A stretch of DNA of 64,000 bases, from positions 229,997-293,996 of the forward strand of contig CAYXKK010000001.1 of the NCBI GenBank assembly GCA_964465685.1. Direction: 5' to 3'. The stretch is from an uncultured Melioribacter sp. GTDB lineage: Bacteria; Bacteroidota; Ignavibacteria; Kapaibacteriales; Kapaibacteriaceae. A program made the position numbers and the translations under genes. Under the pieces are notes generated by a model, which was not told where the DNA came from, searched no databases, and saw only the letters and a list, made by a program, of their open reading frames with translations. Positions 1 through 8,893 of the stretch are shown here, piece by piece. Every line of letters starts with the position of its first letter. Position 1 is the stretch's first letter.

Positions 1-16
1 TCAAACAACTGGAACA

Positions 17-826
17 TTGCATCTCCGCAACACCCAGCCGGCTGCGGTGTCGCTCTCTATACCTCAGACAGGTGTAGCGGGATACACACTCCTTCTTCCC
101 GCAGAACAAGGAGCAGCAGGACAGGTTCTAACGGTCTCGAATGTCACAACTGGACAATCCTCACTCACATGGGCAAACGCAGCCTATTGGGGCCTTGCCG
201 GTTCATCGATCACAAAGGGTGGAACGGCAGCCGGTGAACAATACCTTGGGACATCGAATGATCAGGACGTCGTTGTTGCATCAAACGGAGTTGAACGTCT
301 TCGTATTAACGGCCTGCCCGGACCACGGCAAGGGTTCATTGGATTGGCAACATCCACGCCCAATGCTCCCATTGATCTCGGAGCTACAGTGCTCCTCTCG
401 AACAATGGACAAGCAACGGAACTGCGATTTGCTGAACCATTCAGTGCTGGAACGAACTACACTGCATTTCGTTCACGGGAGCAAGCACAGGACGTGACCT
501 ATACGCTTCCGGCTGCTGCTCCAGACTCAGATGGGATGGTTCTTACCGGCTCGACAACGGGCGATCTTCAATGGAGGAGTCCTCTTTCCGACGTTCGTCG
601 CGGGATTTTTACCCCCGTGATTGGAAACTACGTCCACGTGATTCCTGTCGGCACGAATATTCTCTCAGGTTCGATTCCGCTAATCACGATGATGAATCCT
701 GCAGGAACAACGATCGGATTGAGCATTACAGCCATCGACGACGTCAACGATACAATTACTGTCGAGACATCTGTACCGCTTGGCGCAGCTGATCGCATTG
801 CATGGATGATAGTACAACCGAACTAA
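17..826 (+). CDS. Repeat-containing secreted/surface protein, 5'-partial (the frame is open back to base 2, so the gene probably begins upstream of the window)
   Basis: Long ORF in frame with the window edge; the reported start is TTG. It carries twice a motif of the form Y-T-L-x-L-P-x-x-x-G-x-x-G-Q/M-V-L-T-x-x-x-x-G-x-L-x-W, which is typical of tail-fibre-like or adhesin-like beta-rich surface proteins. It is followed 9 bp later by the next same-strand gene. Confidence 0.55.
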   Translation: MHLRNTQPAAVSLSIPQTGVAGYTLLLPAEQGAAGQVLTVSNVTTGQSSLTWANAAYWGLAGSSITKGGTAAGEQYLGTSNDQDVVVASNGVERLRINGLPGPRQGFIGLATSTPNAPIDLGATVLLSNNGQATELRFAEPFSAGTNYTAFRSREQAQDVTYTLPAAAPDSDGMVLTGSTTGDLQWRSPLSDVRRGIFTPVIGNYVHVIPVGTNILSGSIPLITMMNPAGTTIGLSITAIDDVNDTITVETSVPLGAADRIAWMIVQPN

Positions 827-835
827 CGTCCAATC

Positions 836-2251
836 ATGATTCTCCTCGCCATTATGTGTGCTCTTCTCCCATGCAGCGTGCGACTGTCTGCACAGGGATT
901 TAGCACGAGTCGTGTTGAGTCGACAACGAACGCACCCCTCGTTATCGCTCAACGAGCACCGGTGGGAATGCCTATCCGCGTTCTCACCGGCGCAGGCGGC
1001 TCTATCCGCGCGTTGGAGGTGGACGGCGCAGGAGGAACATGGATACGAGGACCTGTGAGTATCGGACAATACACTGGAGCCACGTCAAACGAACTTCTTC
1101 GCATTGCAAGTCTACCGCCCTTAGGCGGAGTTGGTCTTGTGATATCCATGATCGGCACAACTACGTCTTCTGGTTTGTCAATCACGGATGTGGGTCTGTC
1201 TGGTAGTGATCACGCCGGACTTCTCATCTCATCACAAGCGAATGGATCTGGTACTGGCATCCGCATCGGAGGACCGACAGGGTCGCTGCGACCAACACTT
1301 GCTACTGGCATTGACATTACTGGCGGCACTGGACTACGCTACAATGCACTTTCTTCCGGAACAGGTACAGCTATCGACATTGGTGGCACGCAACCGCCTC
1401 GACGCGGGATAGAAGTAACGGTGTCAGGAACGGAAAACGTTGGACTTATCGCACATGCAAATACCATCGGAACCGGGATCATCGGCTCATCACGCTCTCT
1501 GTCGTATCCGACAGTTGGACCGTATCCGCGTGTTGGCGTTGTAGGACTCGGCGCAACGAACTCGTCAGTTGGCAGCGATTCATGCACTGGAGTCGTTGGC
1601 ATCGCACTACGTGGCGGTACGGCAGGAGCCAGTACGATCTCGATTGGCGTTCATGGTCAGGCAGATGCACGACCTGGTATGTCTACGGGCACTGCGATCG
1701 GAGTGCTAGGACGCACCTATGCCAGCGCTACCAGCTCAACACTCGCTATTGGAGGACTGTTTCGATCACCATTCCATGGCTATGCACTTGTGGCAGAGGG
1801 TGACGTGTACCTTGGGAGTACCAGTGATGCGCGACCCCGAGAACTTGACAAGCTTGGACTTGCGGCGGCGTCCAGAGGTTCAACGACACATGTGTTTGAC
1901 CTCAATGCATCAGGAAGTGTGCGTATGCAGACGGTGTGCATGATCGATGCACCGAACGAGCAAGCCGTGCTTCAGGATGGAACCATTGTTGCATGTGTGA
2001 CCCATGCTACTCAGCGTCTTCGTGGCATACAGGGTGCACGCATTACGGGCATTACGCCAGAAGATCAGGGGCGGATCGTGCAGCTCTGCAACGTTGGTGT
2101 CGATGATCTTCTCCTCATTCATGCTGACCCAGCGACACCAGCGCAATCTCAGTTAGTGCTGCCTCGCGCTGCGGATGGGGTACTGGTAAGCGATACGTGT
2201 TCATGGTTTTGGTACGATCACGTCGCGCAGGGCTGGAGGCGGATTCAATGA
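836..2251 (+). CDS. Glycine/Thr/Ser-rich secreted repeat protein (hypothetical, predicted beta-helical surface protein)
   Basis: N-terminal signal peptide MILLAIMCALLPCSVRLSAQ. Highly repetitive G-T-G-I/G-G-x-G tracts. Its stop overlaps the next start by 4 bp (ATGA at 2248-2251). Confidence 0.6.
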   Translation: MILLAIMCALLPCSVRLSAQGFSTSRVESTTNAPLVIAQRAPVGMPIRVLTGAGGSIRALEVDGAGGTWIRGPVSIGQYTGATSNELLRIASLPPLGGVGLVISMIGTTTSSGLSITDVGLSGSDHAGLLISSQANGSGTGIRIGGPTGSLRPTLATGIDITGGTGLRYNALSSGTGTAIDIGGTQPPRRGIEVTVSGTENVGLIAHANTIGTGIIGSSRSLSYPTVGPYPRVGVVGLGATNSSVGSDSCTGVVGIALRGGTAGASTISIGVHGQADARPGMSTGTAIGVLGRTYASATSSTLAIGGLFRSPFHGYALVAEGDVYLGSTSDARPRELDKLGLAAASRGSTTHVFDLNASGSVRMQTVCMIDAPNEQAVLQDGTIVACVTHATQRLRGIQGARITGITPEDQGRIVQLCNVGVDDLLLIHADPATPAQSQLVLPRAADGVLVSDTCSWFWYDHVAQGWRRIQ

Positions 2252-4278
2252 TTTCTCGCACGATCATTCTCCTCTTCATGCTCGGAATCAGCGGACTCCA
2301 CCGTAGCGATGCCCTCGAGCAACATCGTGTGCTCGCATGTACCATTACGGCGCTGGACGTATGCACGAGTACGGCGAATCTGTCGATTCCGTCCTTCTTT
2401 CAACAAGGTGATACAGTAGTCATTCATCAGGCAGCATCTCGTGACTTCATGAACGTGGGTGCGTTCGACGTCAACATCATAGATACCATCATAGGCGCAT
2501 CAGCACACTTCAAGTATGCAATACAACGCACGTTTGATACGCAAGGCATTATCCAACTTGTGCGCGCAGTCTCGGTGGGTAGGATTGACAACACAGATAG
2601 CGTCACGACGATTCCCTGGAACGGTCACTATGGAGGCGTTGTAGCTATCGTCTCGATTGACACATTGGTCATCGACGGTATTGTGTCTGCGAACGGCATT
2701 GGCTTTCGAGGCGGTGTTTCCTCCAGTAACTCACGTGATACGCTGCTTAGCGAGTTGTCGACCATTGATAATGGAACTCTGGTAACGTTCAATGGGTATC
2801 CGCGCAACGGTGGTGGATACGGAGGATCGTTGCTCACACGAGGAGGTCGCGGAGGCGCACCAACGGACGCATACGTGCACCCCACATCGATACCATGGAC
2901 CACACCATCTGCGATCGTAGAGCATGACTCGACCCAACCGCGACTGTATCTTGGAAGCGGTGGGGGATCCGGTCATCAGAATGATCTTCGTGGTGGGAAG
3001 GGTGGCAATGGTGGTGGCGCAATACTCATCTGCGCACCACATGTCATCACGACCGCTCGTGCTGCACTTGATGTTTCAGGGAGCGATGGCGATGACGCGA
3101 CGTACGATGGCGGAGGAGGCGGAGGGTCTGGTGGTACAATCATCATAGATACAAAATCACTTCATGGTGGAATCGTATGTGACGTATCAGGCGGTGTCGG
3201 CGGCAGTACCTACGGAAGCATCTTTCGCTACGGGCCTGGAGGAGGAGGTGCGGGAGGTGTGGTGACAGTCTCAGACCGATCATTGATCTCATCCATCCGC
3301 GTGCAACGCGGAGGAGGAGCAGGCGGTGGTTCACACGTTGACACATCAGCCACCATAGCGCCATATGGTGCTCAGCCGGGGTCTGATGGTACGTTACGCG
3401 CAGTACCACTAGCGTTGATGTCACCACGAACATCGCCTCCCACTGCATCAGTTATCATCAGCGATACGACAATTGGAGGAACATCGTTTCTGCGCTGCGG
3501 GGTCTCGGCAGGAATCGTTGTTCGGTGGATCATTGATAGCGTGCCACGTCCAGCCGCACAGAAAGTGCTTTTACCTCGCGATAGTGTGCACTGTTGTATT
3601 GAGGCTGATGTTGATCTCGGCGGATGCATTTCACGCCTTGTTCATGCTCTTCCGCTTGAACCACGTGCCGGCAATGAGATCAGAGTAAGCCTTGATCGTA
3701 TACGTGGATCAGCAGGAGATACGGTCTCGATCTTTCTCCGAGTTGAACGTCTAACGGGTCAATCAGCGATCCAAGGCACAGCATTTGTTCGACTACGTCA
3801 AACGGTGTTGATGCCCCTTGATCAAGCTCAGCGAAGCACAATGATCAATGCGAGGGTAGCTATTCCATTCACACTCGCATCGTCAACACGCTCGACCTTT
3901 CGGCGGTTTGATGCGGTAGCTCTGCTTGGTGATTCCGCACAAATACAACTTGGTATCGATAGCGTTGCAGTAACTCCACGAGCAACGGAAGTGCTGCGCG
4001 AACATGGAAGATTTTCACTCAATGACGTTTGTACTGATCGCGGACCTCGACTCTTTGACCAGCGTGCTGATGGCATACTGCGAGGGCGGACCATCTCTGT
4101 TCAAGGAGATGCGGGCATCGTCACGGATCTCCGTGGACGTGTCGTGTGCCGACTATCTCAGAACGAGCCCAACGGTATGCTGTCAGGCGCAATCCCAGAT
4201 GACTTCAATGGCATCTGCTACATCGTTGTCACGCGTGGCCTACACATTCAGACCTATGCGGTGATGGTCGAACCCTAG
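2248..4278 (+). CDS. Glycine-rich secreted repeat protein (GGxGGxGG tracts), possible T9SS-type C-terminal domain
   Basis: ATG at 2248 gives MISRTIILLFMLGISGLH, a signal-like N-terminus. It has extended GGGYGGS / GGKGGNGGG / DGGGGGGSGG tracts. The C-terminal ~80 aa ending ...NGICYIVVTRGLHIQTYAVMVEP resembles a T9SS sorting domain. The ORF track starts at 2197, but translational coupling favours 2248. Confidence 0.6.
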   Translation: MISRTIILLFMLGISGLHRSDALEQHRVLACTITALDVCTSTANLSIPSFFQQGDTVVIHQAASRDFMNVGAFDVNIIDTIIGASAHFKYAIQRTFDTQGIIQLVRAVSVGRIDNTDSVTTIPWNGHYGGVVAIVSIDTLVIDGIVSANGIGFRGGVSSSNSRDTLLSELSTIDNGTLVTFNGYPRNGGGYGGSLLTRGGRGGAPTDAYVHPTSIPWTTPSAIVEHDSTQPRLYLGSGGGSGHQNDLRGGKGGNGGGAILICAPHVITTARAALDVSGSDGDDATYDGGGGGGSGGTIIIDTKSLHGGIVCDVSGGVGGSTYGSIFRYGPGGGGAGGVVTVSDRSLISSIRVQRGGGAGGGSHVDTSATIAPYGAQPGSDGTLRAVPLALMSPRTSPPTASVIISDTTIGGTSFLRCGVSAGIVVRWIIDSVPRPAAQKVLLPRDSVHCCIEADVDLGGCISRLVHALPLEPRAGNEIRVSLDRIRGSAGDTVSIFLRVERLTGQSAIQGTAFVRLRQTVLMPLDQAQRSTMINARVAIPFTLASSTRSTFRRFDAVALLGDSAQIQLGIDSVAVTPRATEVLREHGRFSLNDVCTDRGPRLFDQRADGILRGRTISVQGDAGIVTDLRGRVVCRLSQNEPNGMLSGAIPDDFNGICYIVVTRGLHIQTYAVMVEP

Positions 4279-4279
4279 A

Positions 4280-5785
4280 TTACCTCGTCGTGTTTCGAAG
4301 GATAATGCCAAGTATACCACTGGATGTCCAGCGCGTAGCAATGTCATCCGGCACTATACCCGGTCCGATTGAGACATTACCAAGGACGATATCGAGATCA
4401 CCATCACGATCAATGTCGGCGATATGACTTACGAGCCAGCGACCTTGTGCCGCCCCCTGCACACTCCATGTTGTACGCTGCGGCGTTAATACATCCTGGT
4501 CAAATCGCACTAGGTCAATGTCGCCGCGATCAAATCGCGGGAAGTAGCTGAACGAGAAGAGATCGAGCGAACCGTCAGCAGAGAAATCTTCGAGCATCGC
4601 ACCGTAGGCCCCGTCCATTCGCTGAAAGGACTTCTGCTTCCAACCGTCCTTTGTCTGGTCAAAGATATAGACGCCATGGTACGGCTTGTATGGAGGCACA
4701 TCATAGTCCCCATTATCGCCTGCAGTGTAGATCAGTTCCAAATCCCGATCGTCATCTGCATTCACGAGGCGGAAGGATGACGAACCACGCGATGGTGGGA
4801 ACGAGAGGATCTCGCGGGATGTGAAGCGCCCCTTGCCTTGATTCGTGTACAACACGAGTGCTTCACGTGCTTGGGCCATTTGGACGAGGATGTCTGGTTT
4901 CCGATCACCATTGAAATCGTGAACAACTGCACGAATTGCACCCGGAAGTGGTGAGAGCTGGTGATACACCTGTTTTCCGCTTGCCTGTAACTCATACCAA
5001 CCGAACTGGCCAATCAGATTACCGTATTCACAAATCAGGTAATCATCGCGTCCGTCGCCATTGAGGTCGGAGACAATGACATGTGTCGGACGCCGAAGCG
5101 AGTCGATGATAACTCTCTTGCTTGGTGTACTGCCATCCCACGTTATCTCAACGAGTGATCCAACCGCCGAGTCGTGCGGAAGGAGCTTACCCATGTCTGT
5201 GACGAACCATCGATCGCCCCGAATAGCAAGCGCCGAAGGTGGACCTGCAATCTGAATCGATTGAGTGATGGTACCCTTCACATCAGCAAGATGAATTGCA
5301 TTTGTCATACCATCGCCAAGCACAAGGCTGCCGCGACTGCTATCCACATGAACAAACGTGGTCATCGGTATCAATCCGAGTCGCACAATTGGCGTTGCCG
5401 TGAAGACCGTCGTAGTTCCTCGAACCGTAACTGCAGGTGGCGGTGATAGGGCTGCGGGTGCATTGTCGATATACCACTGCGCAACCGTAAACCATTGATC
5501 TTCGGTCATCATTGGCGTTGTTGGATACATCGCCTGTAAGTCATGTGGCAACTGTGCGTGCTGCGGTAGAGGTTCCAAACCCATGTAGCGTCGCATCATG
5601 GGGAAGACTTTTGATACCCACGTAGACTTATCGAGGTCGGAAGGGGCTGGTAATGCGTGACAGGACTGACAGTACGTCGCAGCCAGACGCTCGCCTTCTC
5701 CACGGTCACCCGCGGCACCATGCACTGTGCTGATCATCAGCATCCCAACGATACACCACAGCAAGAACACGAGCTGCCCACGCAT
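4280..5785 (-). CDS. Secreted c-type cytochrome domain (CxxCH) fused to an FG-GAP/VCBS-type beta-propeller repeat protein
   Basis: A signal peptide is followed by ATYCQSCHALP, a single CxxCH haem-binding motif. Downstream are repeated DxNGDGxxD calcium-binding FG-GAP-like motifs (DLNGDGRDDYLI, HDFNGDRKPDILV, DIDRDGDLDIVLG). The ATG at 5785-5783 overlaps the purB stop by 1 bp. Confidence 0.7.
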   Translation of the reverse strand: MRGQLVFLLWCIVGMLMISTVHGAAGDRGEGERLAATYCQSCHALPAPSDLDKSTWVSKVFPMMRRYMGLEPLPQHAQLPHDLQAMYPTTPMMTEDQWFTVAQWYIDNAPAALSPPPAVTVRGTTTVFTATPIVRLGLIPMTTFVHVDSSRGSLVLGDGMTNAIHLADVKGTITQSIQIAGPPSALAIRGDRWFVTDMGKLLPHDSAVGSLVEITWDGSTPSKRVIIDSLRRPTHVIVSDLNGDGRDDYLICEYGNLIGQFGWYELQASGKQVYHQLSPLPGAIRAVVHDFNGDRKPDILVQMAQAREALVLYTNQGKGRFTSREILSFPPSRGSSSFRLVNADDDRDLELIYTAGDNGDYDVPPYKPYHGVYIFDQTKDGWKQKSFQRMDGAYGAMLEDFSADGSLDLFSFSYFPRFDRGDIDLVRFDQDVLTPQRTTWSVQGAAQGRWLVSHIADIDRDGDLDIVLGNVSIGPGIVPDDIATRWTSSGILGIILRNTTR

Positions 5786-7077
5786 CACAACCCACACCGC
5801 GTAAAGATTGTATCCACATTCGAGAGCATGCGACGTCCATCGAAGATCGCATCCAGTTCCGCGTCGGATAGGAGCGAGGTAATCTCGGCATCATCCGCTA
5901 TTGTCTCACGCAGTGGAGTCTTGGTCTCCCACGTGCGCATAGCATTGCGTTGCACCATGCGATATGCGTCCTCACGCGTGACATCCTTGCCGATGAGAGC
6001 AAGCATCACACTCTGCGAGAACGGAAGACCATGCGTCAGCTCGAGATTTCGCTGCATTGCCTCTGGATACACCAGGAGACGGTCAATCATCCCTGTTGCA
6101 AGATGTAACATGTAGTCGAGGGTAATCGTTGAGTCCGGACAGATAACACGCTCAACAGAGCTGTGCGAGATGTCACGCTCGTGCCACAGTGCATTGTTCT
6201 CGATGGCGGCAAGTGCATTTGCACGCAGAAGACGTGCAAGACCACAGATGCGCTCACTGAGAATTGGGTTGCGTTTATGCGGCATAGCTGACGAACCCTT
6301 TTGACCAGGCGAGAAATACTCTTCTGCCTCGCGCACTTCCGTTCGTTGCAGATGGCGGACTTCAGTTCCAATCTTTTCGAGGAACGCACCAATCAGCGCA
6401 AGTGTCGTGAGAAATTCCGCATGACGGTCCCGCTGTATCACCTGCGTGCTAACTGGTGCTGGCTTGAGACCTAGCTTCGCACACACGTATTCCTCAACAG
6501 CAGGGGAGAGGTGCTCAAACGTCCCGACCGCGCCGCTAATCATGCCAACACTGATCGTTTCAAGCGCACGCTCGAGTCGCGCAATGCTGCGGAGACATTC
6601 CTGATGCCACAGTGCAAGCTTCAACCCAAACGTCGTCGGCTCTGCATGAATACCGTGTGAGCGTCCGATGCAGACGGTGTTTTTGAACTCAACGGCGCGT
6701 CGAGCCAAGACATCCCTAAACGCCTGAAGATCCGTCAACAGGAGTTCGCCGGCTTGCTTCAGCTGCACTGCCAGGCACGTATCCAGCACATCACTCGATG
6801 TCATACCGAGGTGGATAAACCGAGAGGCCGGTCCGACATACTCAGCGACATTTGTCGTGAAGGCAATGACGTCATGCTTGGTCGTTTCTTCGATCTCCAG
6901 AATCCGCTGCACATCGAAGGATGCCTTCTGACGGATCTCGCGAACTGCATCCGAAGGGATCACTCCGAGTTCGGCCTGTGCTTCACATGCGAGGATCTCG
7001 ATCTCGAGCCAGATTGCATACTTGTTTTGGTCTGACCAAATTGCGCCCATATCCGGACGCGTATAACGCTCAATCAT
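5785..7077 (-). CDS. purB: Adenylosuccinate lyase
   Basis: Full-length similarity to the PurB family. The sequence [27 protein letters not shown]...[12 protein letters not shown]... contains the fumarate-lyase signature region. The ORF track extends to 7134, but the conserved N-terminus begins at MIERY (7077). Confidence 0.9.
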   Translation of the reverse strand: MIERYTRPDMGAIWSDQNKYAIWLEIEILACEAQAELGVIPSDAVREIRQKASFDVQRILEIEETTKHDVIAFTTNVAEYVGPASRFIHLGMTSSDVLDTCLAVQLKQAGELLLTDLQAFRDVLARRAVEFKNTVCIGRSHGIHAEPTTFGLKLALWHQECLRSIARLERALETISVGMISGAVGTFEHLSPAVEEYVCAKLGLKPAPVSTQVIQRDRHAEFLTTLALIGAFLEKIGTEVRHLQRTEVREAEEYFSPGQKGSSAMPHKRNPILSERICGLARLLRANALAAIENNALWHERDISHSSVERVICPDSTITLDYMLHLATGMIDRLLVYPEAMQRNLELTHGLPFSQSVMLALIGKDVTREDAYRMVQRNAMRTWETKTPLRETIADDAEITSLLSDAELDAIFDGRRMLSNVDTIFTRCGL

Positions 7078-7229
7078 GTTCTGTTGTACGTAGGTGGAAG
7101 GTGCTACGAAACTACGACGGAACGCGGTGATCAACTGGAACCATTTATGTGTACCAAGTGTTCTTCAGGGTCGTGTTTGGGTAGCCTGTACGCGCCCGGC
7201 AAGCATTCTCACATTAGGACATTGATGTC

Positions 7230-8234
7230 ATGAACATTCTTCGCTACACTACGCTCGCTGCTGCTGCCGCGATGATGATTGGTTGCGGTAAACCTGGCGA
7301 CACCCAAGAACCAAAACCCGATGTACGCGCCTTAACGGCAGCAGAGGAAACTGAACTTCGCTCGATGGCTGAGGGCGTATTCGCTGTTCTCCCCGACGTC
7401 ATGCCAGGTCACGAGGGGACTACGGATGAGATGATTGCCCTCGGTAAGTCACTGTATTTCGACACGCGACTCTCGGTCAACGACAAGCAGTCCTGCAACA
7501 CGTGTCACAACGCCTCTGAGGGGGCGGCCGGTGTCGACAACGAGGTAACCTCAGATGGCGCACTTGGCGGTCGCGGCACTCGGAACTCTCCAACAGTCAT
7601 GAACGCAGGGTTCCATTCGTTGCAGTTTTGGGACGGTCGTGCTGATGATTTGATCGCACAAGCAAAGGGTCCGATCTGCAACCCGGCTGAAATGGCGATG
7701 CCATCACCTGAAGCGGTGGAAGCGAAGCTGAAGAAGACCCAAGAGTATCCTGGTATGTTCGCAGCAGCATTTCCCACAGACAAGGCACCGGTTACCTTTG
7801 ACAATGTGGCTAAGGCCATTGCAGCGTTCGAGCGCACACTCATCGTGAAGTCGCGCTTCGACAAGTGGATTGTCGGTGATACAACCGCGCTCACAATGGC
7901 AGAGCGTCGTGGTATGCACACGTTTATCAACACCGGTTGTATCTCGTGCCATAATGGCGCTCTGTTCGGTGGAAATGGACTCCAGAAGCTGGGCAACATT
8001 CAACCGTACACGACATCTGATCCAGGTCGCTACCTCGTCACGAAGGATCCTGCAGATAGCCTGATGTTTAAGGTTCCATCACTCCGTCTTGTGTCGCGCA
8101 CGCAGCCGTACTTCCATGATGGAACTGTTCCTACACTCTCGAAGGCAATTGAACTCATGGGCTGGCACCAGCTGGGCAAGAAGCTCACTACGAATGATGT
8201 AGCTGAGATTGAAACGTTCCTCAAGGCCCTGTAA
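7230..8234 (+). CDS. ccp: Di-haem cytochrome c peroxidase (CcpA/MauG family)
   Basis: Two CxxCH motifs (CNTCHN and CISCHNG) at the typical spacing for the family. Lipoprotein-like N-terminus (MMIGCGKPGD). Family motifs GFHSLQFWDGRA and PYFHDG are present. Confidence 0.85.
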   Translation: MNILRYTTLAAAAAMMIGCGKPGDTQEPKPDVRALTAAEETELRSMAEGVFAVLPDVMPGHEGTTDEMIALGKSLYFDTRLSVNDKQSCNTCHNASEGAAGVDNEVTSDGALGGRGTRNSPTVMNAGFHSLQFWDGRADDLIAQAKGPICNPAEMAMPSPEAVEAKLKKTQEYPGMFAAAFPTDKAPVTFDNVAKAIAAFERTLIVKSRFDKWIVGDTTALTMAERRGMHTFINTGCISCHNGALFGGNGLQKLGNIQPYTTSDPGRYLVTKDPADSLMFKVPSLRLVSRTQPYFHDGTVPTLSKAIELMGWHQLGKKLTTNDVAEIETFLKAL

Positions 8235-8245
8235 GCGCCCCGTGC

Positions 8246-8893
8246 CTATCGCGGCACAAACTCTTGCTGATAAGCAGGCACGAACGCGTCAACGTCAACG
8301 CACTGGACACCTTCCTCAAGCAGCTTCCAACTTGCAAACGCTATAAATCGCGCCGACAGTCGTGTGAGTCCGCTCACGGCTGTCGGCGCGAGTCGTTCCG
8401 CACCAGGTCCAGCAACAAATGTTTGCTCATTGATAAGAGACATCGTTTCCTCCGTCGAACAAACGCGCACTGTATGGTCACGCAACGATGACGCGCAGGG
8501 GGCAACCTGGACGTACCACAGATCACGATGCGACGGAACGACGGAGAGGATGTGCGTCGCTCCAGAGAGGAGCGCCACTTCTTGTGACGCGACATGAATC
8601 GACGTAAGTGTGGGAACGGGAAGAAGCTTCGGCGACCCCGAAAACGCGAGCCCCTTCACAAACGATGCGCCAATGCGAAGTCCAGTAAACGAGCCTGGAC
8701 CGGCTGATAATGCTACGATGTCCACCGCGTCAAGCGAAACATCAGCACAGCGCAACGTTGACTGCACAACATCAGGAAGGTAGGCGTCGTGTGATGCGTC
8801 GCGAATGATCTCTGTTGTGGCAATGAGTGACCCATCAATGGACACAGCTGCGCCACAGACCTTGCCCGATGTTTCAAGTGCAAGAACTACCAT
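8246..8893 (-). CDS. tsaB: tRNA threonylcarbamoyladenosine biosynthesis protein TsaB (YeaZ)
   Basis: N-terminus MVVLALETSGKVCGAAVS... matches the Kae1/YeaZ ASKHA fold, and the length is about 215 aa, as expected for TsaB. Confidence 0.8.
   Translation of the reverse strand: MVVLALETSGKVCGAAVSIDGSLIATTEIIRDASHDAYLPDVVQSTLRCADVSLDAVDIVALSAGPGSFTGLRIGASFVKGLAFSGSPKLLPVPTLTSIHVASQEVALLSGATHILSVVPSHRDLWYVQVAPCASSLRDHTVRVCSTEETMSLINEQTFVAGPGAERLAPTAVSGLTRLSARFIAFASWKLLEEGVQCVDVDAFVPAYQQEFVPR

Noticed and set aside
141-4264. Numerous 60-130-aa ORFs inside or antisense to the Gly-rich genes (e.g. 141-497, 571-792, 680-1069, 2731-3042, 3143-3448)
   Set aside because: These are shadow ORFs typical of high-GC repeat-coding DNA, with Arg/Cys/His-rich nonsense composition. 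They are fully contained in longer, better-supported frames.
8238-8262. Hairpin GTGCC-TATCGC-GGCAC between ccp and tsaB as a bidirectional terminator
   Set aside because: The stem is only 5 bp with a 6-nt loop, and there is no U-tract on either strand. It cannot be supported as an intrinsic terminator.
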